64,000 nt of DNA from Thermomicrobiales bacterium. GTDB taxonomy: Bacteria > Chloroflexota > Chloroflexia > Thermomicrobiales > UBA6265. Location of the stretch: positions 2 to 64,001 of the forward strand of contig JAWKPF010000016.1 of the NCBI GenBank assembly GCA_041390825.1, written 5' to 3'. This document shows positions 22,316 through 33,408 of the stretch, in pieces (within the stretch, counting starts at the first letter, position 1; each line of letters opens with the position of its first letter). The notes beneath the pieces are model-generated. The model ran no database searches. It saw only the letters and a program-made list of their open reading frames with translations, and had not been told where the DNA came from. Made by a program: the position numbers and the translations under genes.

Positions 22316-23184
22316 ATGCGCGTTGACCGTCAAACCAGGAACCAAGGTCAAGCTCTGACTATCCTACCAATGTAGGACCAACCGGACTGAACAAAGAAGC
22401 CGCCCACGATCTGCTCCAGCCGCTCAAGGACCCGAGATTCGCGACTTGCGGTCGCTGATGTGCCGCGTCAGAACTCCGCATTTTTGCGTGCTCATCGTCT
22501 ATGCAAGGGATGGACACCAGCAGCGGAGATGGCACAGTGAGCAGCGTGCTGGAAGCGAAAGTAGATCCGCTGGGTTGCGGGTCTGGCCGTTCAGGACGCC
22601 TACTCCTTTCGAACTCTCGCACGATTTTCTCTGGCATCTACAACAAGGTGCCAGAAAGGGGATGATGACAGTCTTCAACCGATCACACTATGAGGATGCT
22701 CATCGTTCGGGTGAAGGAGCTCGTCCCAAAGCGGTTTGGAGCAAACGCTACGGTCAGATCAACGAATTCGAAGAGCTTCTTGACCGAGTCGGGCACCATC
22801 CTGCTCAAGTTCTTTCTCCACATCAGCAAAGATGAGCAAAGGGGAACGGCTAATGTAGAGCGAGAGGATCGATCAGGCCTGAAACTTTCGGCTGGCGACT
22901 GGGTGGAGCGCCAGTGTTGGCGTCAGTACCAGACGTATGACGCTCACCAATTTCCACACCAAGGCCGCGCCGTGGATCGTCGTTCCGGCAGATCGCAAGT
23001 GGTATCGCGATTTGGCCGTGGCGCGACGCAGTTGGTAGACGCGTTGCGGCCATACAAAGACTGGATGAACTCGTTAGAGCGCCAGCGGCAGGAGCGCAGC
23101 TGGCGGAAATCAACATGCTACGCCAGCAAGAGAAAGAAAAGCCGAACGCGAGTCAGGCAACAGAAGGCGAACGCAACGTCGTGA
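22316..23184 (+). pseudogene. polyphosphate kinase 2 (PPK2), frameshifted as given
   Basis: Segments read VKPGTKVKL.DYPTN, (V)LIV(L)QGMDTSGKDGTV (in a shifted frame), [47 protein letters not shown] and GTILLKFFLHISKDEQ. These are PPK2 hallmark segments spread over several frames. Confidence 0.65.
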
Positions 23185-23189
23185 GAGGG

Positions 23190-23707
23190 ATGCGACGCAC
23201 TCGGTGGACAACACACGGTGACCGATGCGGTCTGCGCGGCGCCTTCATCGACGGTATGAGCCGGGTGGCAACCAGTGTCACCATCGTCACCACCAGTGGC
23301 AGAGCGCTGGCGGATTCGGATGACAGTGAGCGCGATGTCGTCGTGGCCGCCGACCGCCTACGCTGCTGGTGTGCGTCAATCAACAACCCGATGGATGCCG
23401 CCATCCGCGCGAATGGCGTCTTTGGCGTCAACGCCCTGCGGGCTGATCAGCGTTGGGTGGCGGAAACTTCTTTGCCCGGAGCGGCACCCTCGCCGTGGAA
23501 CCCAATATGATTTTCAGGCAGAAACTGGCATCTCGAACAAACGGAGCGCCGCTCTTAAGGTGGGGCGATGGCCCTAATTCAGCACGTCCTGATCGCATGC
23601 ACACCATCAGCATCTTACCACATGCCATCGCCATTGGGCGGGTGGTCGCCCGGTGGGGCCGAAGATTCAATTTTTCCTTTCATCTATGGGCGAAAGCGTT
23701 CAGCTAA
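23190..23707 (+). pseudogene. flavin reductase (HpaC-like), frameshifted as given
   Basis: ATG 23190. The first segment reads LRGAFIDGMSRVATSVTIVTTSG, then MTVSAMSS is read in another frame. Further segments read MDAAIRANGVFGVNALRADQRWVAE and AIAIGRVVA. Confidence 0.6.
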
Positions 23708-23750
23708 AGCACGGAGTTGGTGCGGTTATAGCCGTTGGGAAGGCACGCCG

Positions 23751-23781
23751 GACAGGCACCAGCTACCTGTTTTTTTTTTTG
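23751..23781 (+). terminator. weak hairpin followed by T11 run (possible intrinsic terminator)
   Basis: The hairpin is gACAGGcaccagctaCCTGT, followed by 11 consecutive T (23770-23780). It lies about 45 nt downstream of the flavin reductase stop. The stem is only 5 bp. Confidence 0.4.
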
Positions 23782-23864
23782 GGACAGGCCGATTTGTAGT
23801 GAACCCAGAGTCCAGAGGCCTCAGGCGCCGAACAGTTCCAGTCTTTTTGCAGGGCTCGGACTGA

Positions 23865-25368
23865 ATGCTCCATTACAGGAGAGATCGACGCACTTGATCC
23901 ACTGGTGAGGTACTCGAGTCGCTTTGCAGACGGTCGCCCACGAAGGTCTACATGAACGGCGAGAAGAAGATCGCCACCGACGTGACAAACTTTTACGTGT
24001 CTTCAGGCCGATCGTCGACATTCGCGCGCGCATCTACGACCTTGCGCACGAGGCGCAGACCCAGGACGTGATGTCCTATGTCGATCCGCGCACCGGCAGG
24101 CGCAATGCTGGCTCGATTGCCCAAACTGCCGCGCCACGCGATGACTGGCGTGCCAAGCGGCTGGCGGTCGATACCGTGCTGGACGATGTCAAAGGGGATC
24201 GTTACCCGCGTGGGCGATGAGACCGTAGGCGAAGTGGTCGCTCTATATGACGGGCAAGACGTGCTCAACGAGGTCGATCCCCAGTTCGCGGAGAACATTC
24301 GCAACCACGTCGCTTCACGGTCCGCGCCGATCCGTTCCATGTCTCGGCGAATACCGATCCCAAGGGGGGACCGCTCGAAGCGGCCGCAAGATCAGGATCC
24401 TGACATGTTGCTGCATGTCGTGCGGGAGACGGAAAACGGCATCGTGGTGCGGGGCGCGAATACGAGACGGCCGCCGCCTATGCAAACCAGGCGTTCGTCA
24501 AGCCGACCATCGCCAACTGGGGAAGTGACGAGCTCGGACTATGCGGTCGGCTTCATCGCGCAGATGGTCGAAGGGATCAAGCACATTTGCCGCACCGGGT
24601 TCGCAGGACGAGAACCGGCCGCCGACTATCCGCTTTCGAACCGCTTCGACGAGGTCGACACGCTCGTGATCTTCGACGATGTGGAGATCCCCTGGGAGAA
24701 TGTGCTCTTCTACCGGCACACCCGCGCCGCCGCCTATATTCGCGCGACGGTGCATCGCTACAGCGCATTCCCTTCACGCAGCGCGCCCTGCGCATGGCCG
24801 ATCTGCTGATCAGCGCCGCGCTTTCAGCATTCGCCAGACGGGACTCGACAAGCAGCAAGCGGTGCAAGAGAAACTGGCAGCATTGGCCAGGCTATCGGGA
24901 AGGGATCAACGCTCACCTGACCGCCGCCATCGAACAGGCGGAGGAGAGTCCGGGCGGCCTTCTGATGCCAGATCAATCGCTCCTTTACACCGGACGTATT
25001 GGCGACATCGCAACTCAGCGATGATGCATATCGCCGCGTGAGCTCTGTGGCCGGGCAGATCTGCGTGACGCCGGATGTTGCCGCGTTCGAAGACCCGGCC
25101 ACTGCCCTGGCTGGAGAAGTTCTATACATTCAATGAAGACTGGGATGCCGAGGATCGCCGCAAGCTGCTTGCCTTTGCGCGCGATCCTGATCAATTCCGA
25201 CTACGCCGGACACCGGTTGACCTTCCAGCTCTTCGCGCAATCGCTCCATTCGCCAATCTGGCAGCCGCTTATCGCGCGTTCGATTGGGACGGTCCGCCGC
25301 AGAAGGGCACAAGGCCGGTCTATTTGCCGTCGGTGTGCCTGAAGAAGCGACAGAAAGTGCAGGCGTGA
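23865..25368 (+). pseudogene. 4-hydroxyphenylacetate 3-monooxygenase oxygenase-component family (HpaB-like), frameshifted as given
   Basis: Segments read VYMNGEKKIA.DVTN, RPIVDIRARIYDLAHEAQTQDVMSYVDPRTGRR, LLHVVRETENGIVVRGA, AADYPLSNRFDEVDTLVIFDDVEIPWENVLFY and WLEKFYTFNEDWDAEDRRKLLAFARD. Confidence 0.65.
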
Positions 25369-25372
25369 CCCA

Positions 25373-25790
25373 ATGCCCACTCATCGACGACCGGCTCCTT
25401 CAACACCAGAGACACCTATCCCAGAAGCTCGACAACGACCTGTGCCAGGCAGTTGTCGCTGGCAATACGGTGTATCTCCGTGGTCAGGGTGGGACAGGAT
25501 CTGGAAACACGCGAAATGGCTGGTATCGGGGACCCGGCGGCGCAAAACCGAACAGGCGATGCGTAACATCGCCATGCTGCTCGAGGAAGCCGGCGCCGAG
25601 TTGGGAGACATCGTCAAGATCGTCATCTATCTGACCGATGCGCGTTATCGGGATGCGGTCTATCCCGCCGCCCGGTCGTTAAGCTGAAAGGCGTGTTCCC
25701 CGTTTCCACCGGAATCGTCGTAAACCGCGCTCGCGCGGCCGGAACGGGTGGTGGAAGTCGATGTCACCGCCGTGATTCCTGACGCCGGAA
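25373..25790 (+). pseudogene. RidA/YjgF family protein, frameshifted as given
   Basis: Segments read QAVVAGNTVYLRGQ, TEQAMRNIAMLLEEAGAELGDIVKIVIYLTDARYRDAVY and VVEVDVTAVIP. The 3' end is unclear because the frame reads into the next gene. Confidence 0.55.
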
Positions 25791-25798
25791 GTTGTGTC

Positions 25799-26538
25799 AT
25801 GACTTTTTCGATTGCGGGACATTGCGCTCGTACCGGCCGGTTTGGCGTAGCAGTCTCGTCGTCCAGTCCGGCAGTTGCGGCGCGTTGCAGCTTCGTGCCG
25901 CGCGCGGGAATCGGCGCGGCCTGCAGCCAGAATATCACCGACCCGCGGCTGGGCGTCCGTTGCTCGATCTCGTCGCGTTGAGCCCGCAACGCCGACGAAG
26001 CGATGGCCCAGGTGGTGAATGAAACCGAATTGATCGAATATCGCCAGATCAGCGTGGTCGACGGTTCCGGCGGCAGCGCGGCATTCAGCGGCGAAGAGTG
26101 CTGGGGGTCTACGACATGGCGCGTGGACCGCATGTGGTCACAGCCGGGAACTTGCTCAAGGACCAGGCGATTCCAAGCCGCATGGTGGAAGCGTTTCTCG
26201 CGCAACCAGGACCAGGATCTGGAGGATCGCCTGTTGGCGGCAATGGTGACCTTTGGCGCTCGGTGGTGAGGAAGGTCCCGTGCATTCGCCGGGATGAAGG
26301 TGGTCGACAGCGTTCCCTGGCCGGAAACCGACCTGCGGGTCGACTGGTCGGAGAACCCGATTCACGATCTTGCGGCGTGGCGTCTCTGGCGGCCACTTCC
26401 AGTGACTACGTCACCCGCGCGCTCGATCCGCATCGGCGCCCGCCTACAGGTGCGAACGCGATCCCGATCGTTGATCGTCAGCTCTTCATGCACATCCAGC
26501 TTCGTTTGCCATCTAGAATTGCCACCAGAATGAGGTGA
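25799..26538 (+). pseudogene. DUF1028-family protein, frameshifted as given
   Basis: ATG 25799 gives MTFSIAGHCARTGRFGVAVSSSSPAVAARCSFV.AGIGAACSQNITDPRLG. A later segment reads YRQISVVDGSGGSAAFSGEEC, followed by DLRVDWSENPIHDL. Confidence 0.55.
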
Positions 26539-26576
26539 ACGAGCTCCCGCGGGCTCGCCGTGAAAGGACCCGATCG

Positions 26577-27874
26577 ATGCGGAATCTCTTCGTACGAAGC
26601 GGCATCGCTGCTCATTTTGGCGCTTGCCGGATTCGACGGGCGCGCCCATGGGAATCATTGCGCAGGACGCAACCCGGAAACGACCGCAGGGTTGCCGGAA
26701 GGGCCGCTCAGCGAGCGAATTCAATGAAATGCGTCGATTACCTCCAATCTGCCTGAGGACGAGGCGGCGGCGGTCGACCTCACCACCGTATTCACACCGG
26801 CAGTGCTGGCCGATGTTCCAGCTGATCAACTCCAGGCGATTCTGAGTACCGAGCGGTTTACGCACCGGTGAGTGTCGATTCGAGCGCCATCGCAGCATCG
26901 ATGGACGCTCCTCAACGGTCGCGAACTTCCGCTGATCACCGCCAATGGAACCCAGATTCCGACATCGCTGACAGTCGACCCGGTATCGAGGATGATCAGT
27001 TCACGCTCTGGTTCTCCGCGCCGCTGGCACCAGCGCCCACGCGGAGGCTAGCGCGACCGTGGCTCCAGCGGAACCGCAACCGCTCGACGGATACTGCCAC
27101 CACGGTTCCGCCCCACGGAAGCAGCCAGCCTCCAGTTCAACCGAGACGCCAACTCCGGTGCCGACAGATACACCGACCGAAACTCCGACCGAGACGCCAA
27201 CTCCGGTGCCGACAGATACACCGACCGAAATTCCGACCGAGACGCCAACCCTGGTCCCGACGGACACACCCGCACAAGTGCCGACCGAAACGCCGACTCC
27301 AGTTCCGACCGACACGCCGACCGAAACGCCGACCGAAACGCCGACCGAAACGCCGACGGAAACACCGACCGACGCGTCCCGACAGAGACGCCGACTCCGG
27401 TCCCGACGGACACACCAACTGAAGTGCCAACGGAGACGCCAACAGAGGCTCCAGCGGAAACAGTTGTTGTGGCCGCGACGATCTTCTTCGCCGATCGCAT
27501 CGCCGGCTGAGGATCGCCAGCTGCTTCGCCTGAAGCGGTCGAGTCAGCCGATGCCGCGCTTTTCCCCGACAACGCGCTGGGCCAGCACTTCGGCAACCTG
27601 GACATGGTCGCTGTTTGACCAATGGCAGGGTCGCCGTGGACGCCAGCGAGATCGAAGCGCATGTTGCGCCGTCGTTGCTCGCGGTAGCCAGCGCCGATCA
27701 GATCGCTACCGGTTTGGTGCAGCTGCAGGAATGTACGGCCCCTTCACGCTCGATCCGGATTCCATGATCATGACCGCCAACGAGCCGCCGACCAATATGC
27801 GATACTCGGTCGTTGGCGCAAACGACGAGACGTTCAACGTCTCACTGAAGATCGATCCGGAAACGGGTTGCTGA
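26577..27874 (+). pseudogene. secreted protein with long Pro/Thr/Glu repeat linker, frameshifted as given
   Basis: An AAAGGA SD precedes ATG 26577. A signal-like hydrophobic stretch sits in a shifted frame. The repeat block reads [16 protein letters not shown], and the C-terminal segment reads [47 protein letters not shown]. Confidence 0.45.
27136..27460 (+). repeat. coding tandem repeat (48-nt unit duplicated almost perfectly at 27139-27186 / 27187-27234, then degenerate 12/24-nt TETP units)
   Basis: Read directly: accgagacgccaactccggtgccgacagatacaccgaccgaaaYtccg occurs twice. It is followed by ccgaccgaaacg repeated about four times. Confidence 0.85.
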
Positions 27875-27939
27875 CCGGATTTGCCGTCTCCCCGGGAGCA
27901 CAAGCTGCGACCCGGAAGCGGCTGATCTCCCACCTGGGC

Positions 27940-28898
27940 TCACCGATACCAGGTGTCTTTCACCAGCGGAGGACACCATTTACGGTTCGATCATGGCCCC
28001 GGCTAGCTTCTCGACCAGTGAATCGTCCCCGGCAGCCTTGATCATCTCCGGCAGCGGCGCAACCCAGTCAGGACGGCGTCAGCTCCGGATTGCCATCGGG
28101 ACGAACCGCAATCTCGCGATCACGCTCGCGGAAGCTGGTATCCGTCACTGCGCTACGACAAACTCGGTTCGGGTCAAACCAGGCTTGGTTCTCATGACGG
28201 CCAAGCAGCGTCGACTACCAACTCTTTCTACAGGAAGCCTCGGACGCAGCCATATCGGCGAACCTGAGTCAATCCTCAAGCTCATCATTGTCGGGCACAG
28301 CGAAGGGCGGCTTTCGCGTTGGCGCTGGCCGATGAGCTCACAACTGGCACGCCGCCCGCTGGGTTGATTCTTTGTGGCGCCGCTTTCGATTACTGCTATC
28401 TCGACCTGATCACCGATCAGATGACAACTCAGTTGAAGACAGCTGTCGATGGCGGCAGCATGACGGAGCGGATGCAACCGCGCTGGCGGATGAACTGGCG
28501 GCAATTGTCGAGAGCCTACGGACTACCGGCGAGCTGCCGAGACGATTGCATCGCCTGAGCTGGCAGCACTGTTCAGTCCTTCATCGACCGCGTTCTGGTC
28601 AGATCGATCGATCGCGCGCTTGCGGCTGGGCTACCGTCGGACATTCCGGTGCTGGTGCTCGGCGCCGGGGACGCGCAGATAACCGGAGATCGTCGGCACT
28701 GCTCGATGGGTTCAAGAGAGCCGGGAACTCAGTGTCACCTTCGTGGCGCTTGCCAAGGCCGATCACAGCTTGCGAATCATCGAAGGAGAAGCGAACCCGG
28801 CTGTGGACTACGCAGGCCCCGACCTGGAGTTCTCACCCGATGCCGTGGCTGCAATCGATGCATTTCTCGTGAAATACGGTCTGGAACCTGGCACATAG
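27940..28898 (+). pseudogene. alpha/beta hydrolase, frameshifted as given
   Basis: Segments read PAALIISGSGAT, LIIVGHSEG (nucleophile elbow G-H-S-x-G), IPVLVLGAGDAQIT and SVTFVALAKADHSLRIIEGEANPAVDYAGPDLEFSPDAVAAIDAFLVKYGLEPGT*. The 5' end is approximate. Confidence 0.45.
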
Positions 28899-28944
28899 CC
28901 CCCCGGTATGACGCGGTGCTCACGCAAATGAGCGGCTGAAGAGC

Positions 28945-28969
28945 GGGCGAGCGTACGCGAATCTCGCCC
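28945..28969. terminator. possible hairpin between convergent genes
   Basis: The hairpin is GGGCGAGcgtacgcgaatCTCGCCC followed by ttcc. It has a 7-bp stem and a weak T tail. Confidence 0.3.
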
Positions 28970-29020
28970 TTCCTACGACGCTCCCTTAGGTGGGTCTCGG
29001 CTCAAATTCGGATATGAACG

Positions 29021-30488
29021 TCAGCCGGTCCCGAATCTAGGGACCAGCTGGAGTATATCTCTCCGGCAACTGCGATCCCAGTTGGGTTCAGGTAGCCAGC
29101 GCGGTTTGCGGAATGATCTCTTCCGGGATTCGATGCAGATCGTCGGCATACTCGAACGCAGGGCGCGAAACCTGCATTGGCGAAGGTGTACAGATGTTTC
29201 ACCGGCACGTGAGCATGTCAAACCATTCCTGGTAGCTCCTGTCGACCACGCGGCTCGTGTTCCCCAGGAAGAGGTACCGGTACCTCGAGCGAGTACTTGC
29301 TTGTTGCCGGAAGTCGATCTCCTGCGAGGTGGGGGTCACATGACCGACGCCATATCGAGCAAGCCGCGTATCACGTTGGTCTTGTCGATGAGGAATGTAT
29401 TCGCTGCCCATGATTCCCCAGAGAATCCGATCCCCGAAGACTCGCCGCGATCCCACATACGCGGCGGGCGGATCTTAGTCGTCCTCGATCAATTCGTAGT
29501 GTTGCACCACGAGGCATAGTCCCAGATGTCACCATACGGTGGTGGGCCGAATCCTGCAAGGTGCGAACCAGACCGTCATCACCGCGCCGTTTGGCGTCAG
29601 CCAGAAGGTCCTCGTAGATGATGCGGTCGGTTTCCAGAAAGTTCGACCATTTGCCCGCTGCCGATGCTTAGGCATGATGAAGCTCGGGATGCCGCTGCAC
29701 GCAAGCACACCACAGCACCGAACAGGACTCCGTTAGCAGGAAGATCTTCTCCTGATCAGATCGATCACGCAGATAGTTCGTCAACGCAATGGTGTCGTCT
29801 ACGATCCCGTCCAGCGTGAGGGTTTCCGGATCAAGGCGAGCCATGGGATTTCCCCGTACCTCGCTGGTCCCAACCCACAACGTTGAAATTCTGGTGCAGG
29901 GGTTCAGGCAAGACCCGCGACACAGCGCCAGATCACTCTGACCAGGTCCGCCGTTCCAGATAAGGAACGACCGGATTCACCAGCATTCGCTCCTCCGAAT
30001 CTGGATCCATTGCTGGTGTCCGTTCAGATCGACCTCTACCAGTTCTGCGATGCCTCCAACTGCTGGGTTGCCATCCTGGCCCCTTGACTGCGGGCACGCT
30101 TGCCGGGAGCGCCACCCAGACCGCAAGTCCGACAACGACCAAGGTCGCCAATCCAGTGACTGCATAACGCAGCCGCCGAATCCAGGTATGAGCACGTTGC
30201 CGCGAGATTCCAAACTGCTCCAGCAGGGGCAAACAGCCGTACGCCGTATGCGCAGCCCAGTGCCATCGGAATCAACCCGAGCAGCACAAAGACGCCACGC
30301 CCAACGAGCAATCCGAGAATGCCGAATGCCGTGTCGAGGTGAATACCATCGACCGACGGCCCCTGTTCGCCGCGGCGAACAGGCACATACGCCAGCAGAA
30401 ACGCCAGTAGCGCAGCAACGACTGCCCAACCAGAGCGCATGACGAATCCAGCGGCAACACCGCCCAATACTGAAATGGCCATCAACAA
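29021..30488 (-). pseudogene. membrane-anchored alpha/beta hydrolase (proline-iminopeptidase-like), frameshifted as given
   Basis: The N-terminal TM region is in ORF 30036..30488. Later segments read EVDLNGHQQWIQIR, LDGIVDDTIALTNYLRDRSDQEKIFLL..S..VLW...VQRHPELHHA and YEDLLADAKRRGDDGLVRTLQD. C-terminal fragments run down to about 29021. Confidence 0.5.
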
Positions 30489-31233
30489 CAGCTACGCCAG
30501 AATCGACCGGACCCCGCTGGCATTTGCGATACCGGGGGCAGCTGCGATGGCAAGGGCAAGTACCAATCGCGCGCACAACCTCAGGATCGGCTGGCTCCAG
30601 AATGCAATCGGCGCATCCGGTGGCCGTGGCAGCCGGTAGCGGTCAACTGGTCGCGTCGGTTGCAGAGAAATCGGAGCTCAGGTGCGTGCCACTTCCCTTT
30701 CGACTGAACGGCGGGTTCCGTGTTCATCACTATGAACATAAGGAACACGGCATGAATAGCGCCGGAATTTGGAACTACGGGGTTACAAGAACGTTGCGGG
30801 ACTATGGAAACTGCCGGGATCGTGCTGAACACCGTGCGAGGATCAGCACAGAAATCCTCACGGCAAGATCGTCGATTTCTGGGGGCATGGGTTGACGAGC
30901 GTCTCTCGCGCGACGCGACGGAGAGAAGCTCGCTGAGTCGAACCCCAGGCTTGCTGGCCTTCTTCCGGGGATGACACTTCTGTGGAACTTCGACCAAACC
31001 CTGCGTATTGTCGAAAGCGATAGCGTGTGTCGCGCAAACCAGCTACGGCCGGACACGACCAAAACACAGCGAACGACACGGAATTTGACGATGAAATTGC
31101 ACACCGCGATCGCCCGGTGTAGCACTGCGATTGCCAGAGCGCGGGTGAAATGTGAAATGGCTCCCAGTCTGTACCGGAGCCGTTTGCGTGCGTCGCTTTC
31201 TGTCACCGGGCAGTCGCGTGCCGCCTGCCGAAC

Positions 31234-31441
31234 TTAATCCTCGTCCTCGAAGACGGGTATTTCATCGTCCGTCGGAATGTGGGGCGGCGCCTCGGCCTTT
31301 CGCTGATCAGTACGCGATGTATCGCTGGATTTCCTCGTCGGTCAGCGCATGTTCCTTGCCCTGTTCGAATGCGCTGAGTTGCGAGGCTTTGATACCGCCG
31401 ATTGCTTTCGCAGCTTCCTCCAGGCCAATATGCATCGACAT
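31234..31441 (-). pseudogene. small XRE-like HTH protein with acidic tail (one frame change)
   Basis: A GGAAG SD precedes ATG 31441, which gives MSMHIGLEEAAKAIGGIKASQLSAFEQGKEHALTDEEIQRYIAY and a stop at 31307. In the adjacent frame it continues TDQRKAEAPPHIPTDDEIPVFEDED*, with TAA at 31234-31236. It was too short for the ORF track. Confidence 0.3.
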
Positions 31442-31569
31442 GCACTTCCAAAATTGGGCATAGCCCGGATTGCGCGGCTTCGGTCATTTCCATCTCGTCG
31501 TTCCTCGAATAGTTCGTGGGCTTGGCACAATTGGCGTGCTCGTACCGTTGTCCAGCGTACCACGCCCGG

Positions 31570-32753
31570 GAGCGGCATCTCGCGCGCGATGCCCTGTGCT
31601 CCATGGCAGCGTCCAGGTCGAACGCTCTCCCGGCCAGTTCGCGAAACACCCTGGCAGCAACCATATTCGACATCCCGGTAGCCAAACGCCGCTGGGCCGA
31701 CAAAACGCAGGGCAGCTGCGCTCTTGAGCGCTCACGGCGCAAGATCTCGACGACCTCGATGCGCAAACCATACCGGAGGGAGTTCGGTTGTGATCGGCTC
31801 CGGCAGACTCCGCATCCTACGATGCAGATCAAGTCGGGCACGACCGCAAGCACCTGACCGGGTACGTCCGCGCGATCAAGATTCTCGTTCTGGAAGTCGA
31901 TCTTGAGGGTTTCTCCGTCGTTTGGGCCGATTCCTTCGAAAAAGGCTCTCGCGCAAATCCACCCACGGGCGACGATCGACATCGATGATCTTGCCGCGGA
32001 AGAGCCGTTGTACAACCACCTCAGGACGGCATCGACGGCATTGGTGTGGGCGGCGCGCGCGCTCAACGCCGCTTCGCCGATCTCGATTGCCAGCGTAATG
32101 GTGTCGCCGGGGATGAGCACCCGCTTCATGTCTTGACCGCTCATGGCCGGCCCCGCTGCACCGCTGAACCACCCATTTGCACGGTCACGGTACGCGCATA
32201 GCGGCTTCAATGTGAGCGGATCGCCGAGATTGTCGAAGATGGCTACATGGCCGCGTGGATCGGAGATCACCACCGGAGTCGGCTCGATGCCGTAGATCAT
32301 GAAGGTGTCCATCTGCAGCTCGGGAAAGGCACGGCCCATTCCGTCGCCGTCCACCACCGGCACAGATTCGCGCCTGGGCGGCGACGATCATAGGCGACAT
32401 GCTGTTCGAACCGCCCGATCTCCGCACAGGTGACATGGGTGATCGGGCGCCCGAGGTGCCTTTCAAGCGCGCGCAACGGACCAAACTCCTCACCCTGCTT
32501 GAGGCGCTCATTGCGGCCTACTGGCGCTCCGATCGAGCCAACCGTCGTCACCGAGTGCGTCATCCGGCACGTCGGAAGCGGAGATAACCTCGATCGTCTT
32601 GCCTTGCTCGAGGAGACTTCGTGCTTGCAGCTTGCCGAGATAGGGATTGCCGCCGCCAGTGCCAAGAATGCCGGCGCCTGGTGCGAGGCGTTCGAGATCG
32701 TCACGGTCGATGGTGCGCGCCACAAGACTTCCATTCTGATGAGAGATGAACAT
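31570..32753 (-). pseudogene. DUF917-family protein, frameshifted as given
   Basis: ATG 32753 gives ..LERLAPGAGILGTGGGNPYLGKLQARSLLEQGKTIEVISASDVPDD. Later segments read PVVDGDGMGRAFPELQMDTFMIYGIEPTPVVISDPRGHVAIF, VLIPGDTITLAIEIGEA and LKIDFQNENL...VPDLICIV...LRYGLRIEVVEI. The 3' end is approximate. Confidence 0.6.
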
Positions 32754-32817
32754 GGACCGTCGGGCCCTTCGTCTCCGCAGCATAGCAACCGGGTGATGGT
32801 GCACCATTGCCATCATC

Positions 32818-33300
32818 ATGGACGGAGAGGCGATGCGCTGCCATCGATGCGGCGGATTGACCGAGGAGCGATTGACCGACGGGCGGACACGCCCAGTCTG
32901 CCGTGCCTGCGGGCTTGTGATCTCTACGATCCCGAAGCTGGCAGTTGCGGTCGTTCTGGAACGGGATGGCAAGGTGTTGCTGGGGAAGCGCGGTCGGGCG
33001 CGCGCGCCGCCAGGAAGTGGGCTTCCCGGCTGGGTTTGTCGAACGGGAGAGCGGTCCGAGGATGCCGCTGTCCGCGAAGTGCGCGAGGAGACCGGGTACT
33101 CGATCGAGCTTGGACCGCTAATCTCCTGATATCCTCGCCGGATCGCCGTCATATACAGGGTCGTCTCTGGCGCGAGGCTCAGCCGACGATGATTCAGACT
33201 CGGTTGGTTTCCCACGGACGCCCTTCCGATCTCGCGTTTCGACATGACATCGATATCCCTGGAGCAGCTCGATCTGAGAGATCGGTCGCGAGCGTTGCGT
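32818..33300 (+). pseudogene. NUDIX hydrolase with N-terminal zinc ribbon, frameshifted as given
   Basis: ATG 32818 gives CHRCGGLTEERLTDGRTRPVCRACG, then KLAVAVVLERDGKVLLGKR. The Nudix box reads G..ERSEDAAVREVREETGY. The C-terminal part lies in other frames. Confidence 0.6.
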
Positions 33301-33408
33301 CAGTCACACGGTGCGTCTCACTTCCCATGATGCAGGACGCATGACCCATCCTGTTACTTCAAACCTGTGTATTTCCGGCGGTTTTTGACCGGTTAGGAAG
33401 AGGAACCA

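Noticed and set aside
30920-30950. tRNA-like T-arm (minus strand cctGGGGTTCGACTCagc)
   Set aside because: The flanking bases cannot form a T-stem or an acceptor stem. No cloverleaf could be drawn.
31203-32363. 386-aa ORF as one intact CDS
   Set aside because: Only its N-terminal part (PVVDGDGMGRAFPELQM...) matches DUF917. The remainder drifts out of frame and reads through the small HTH gene.
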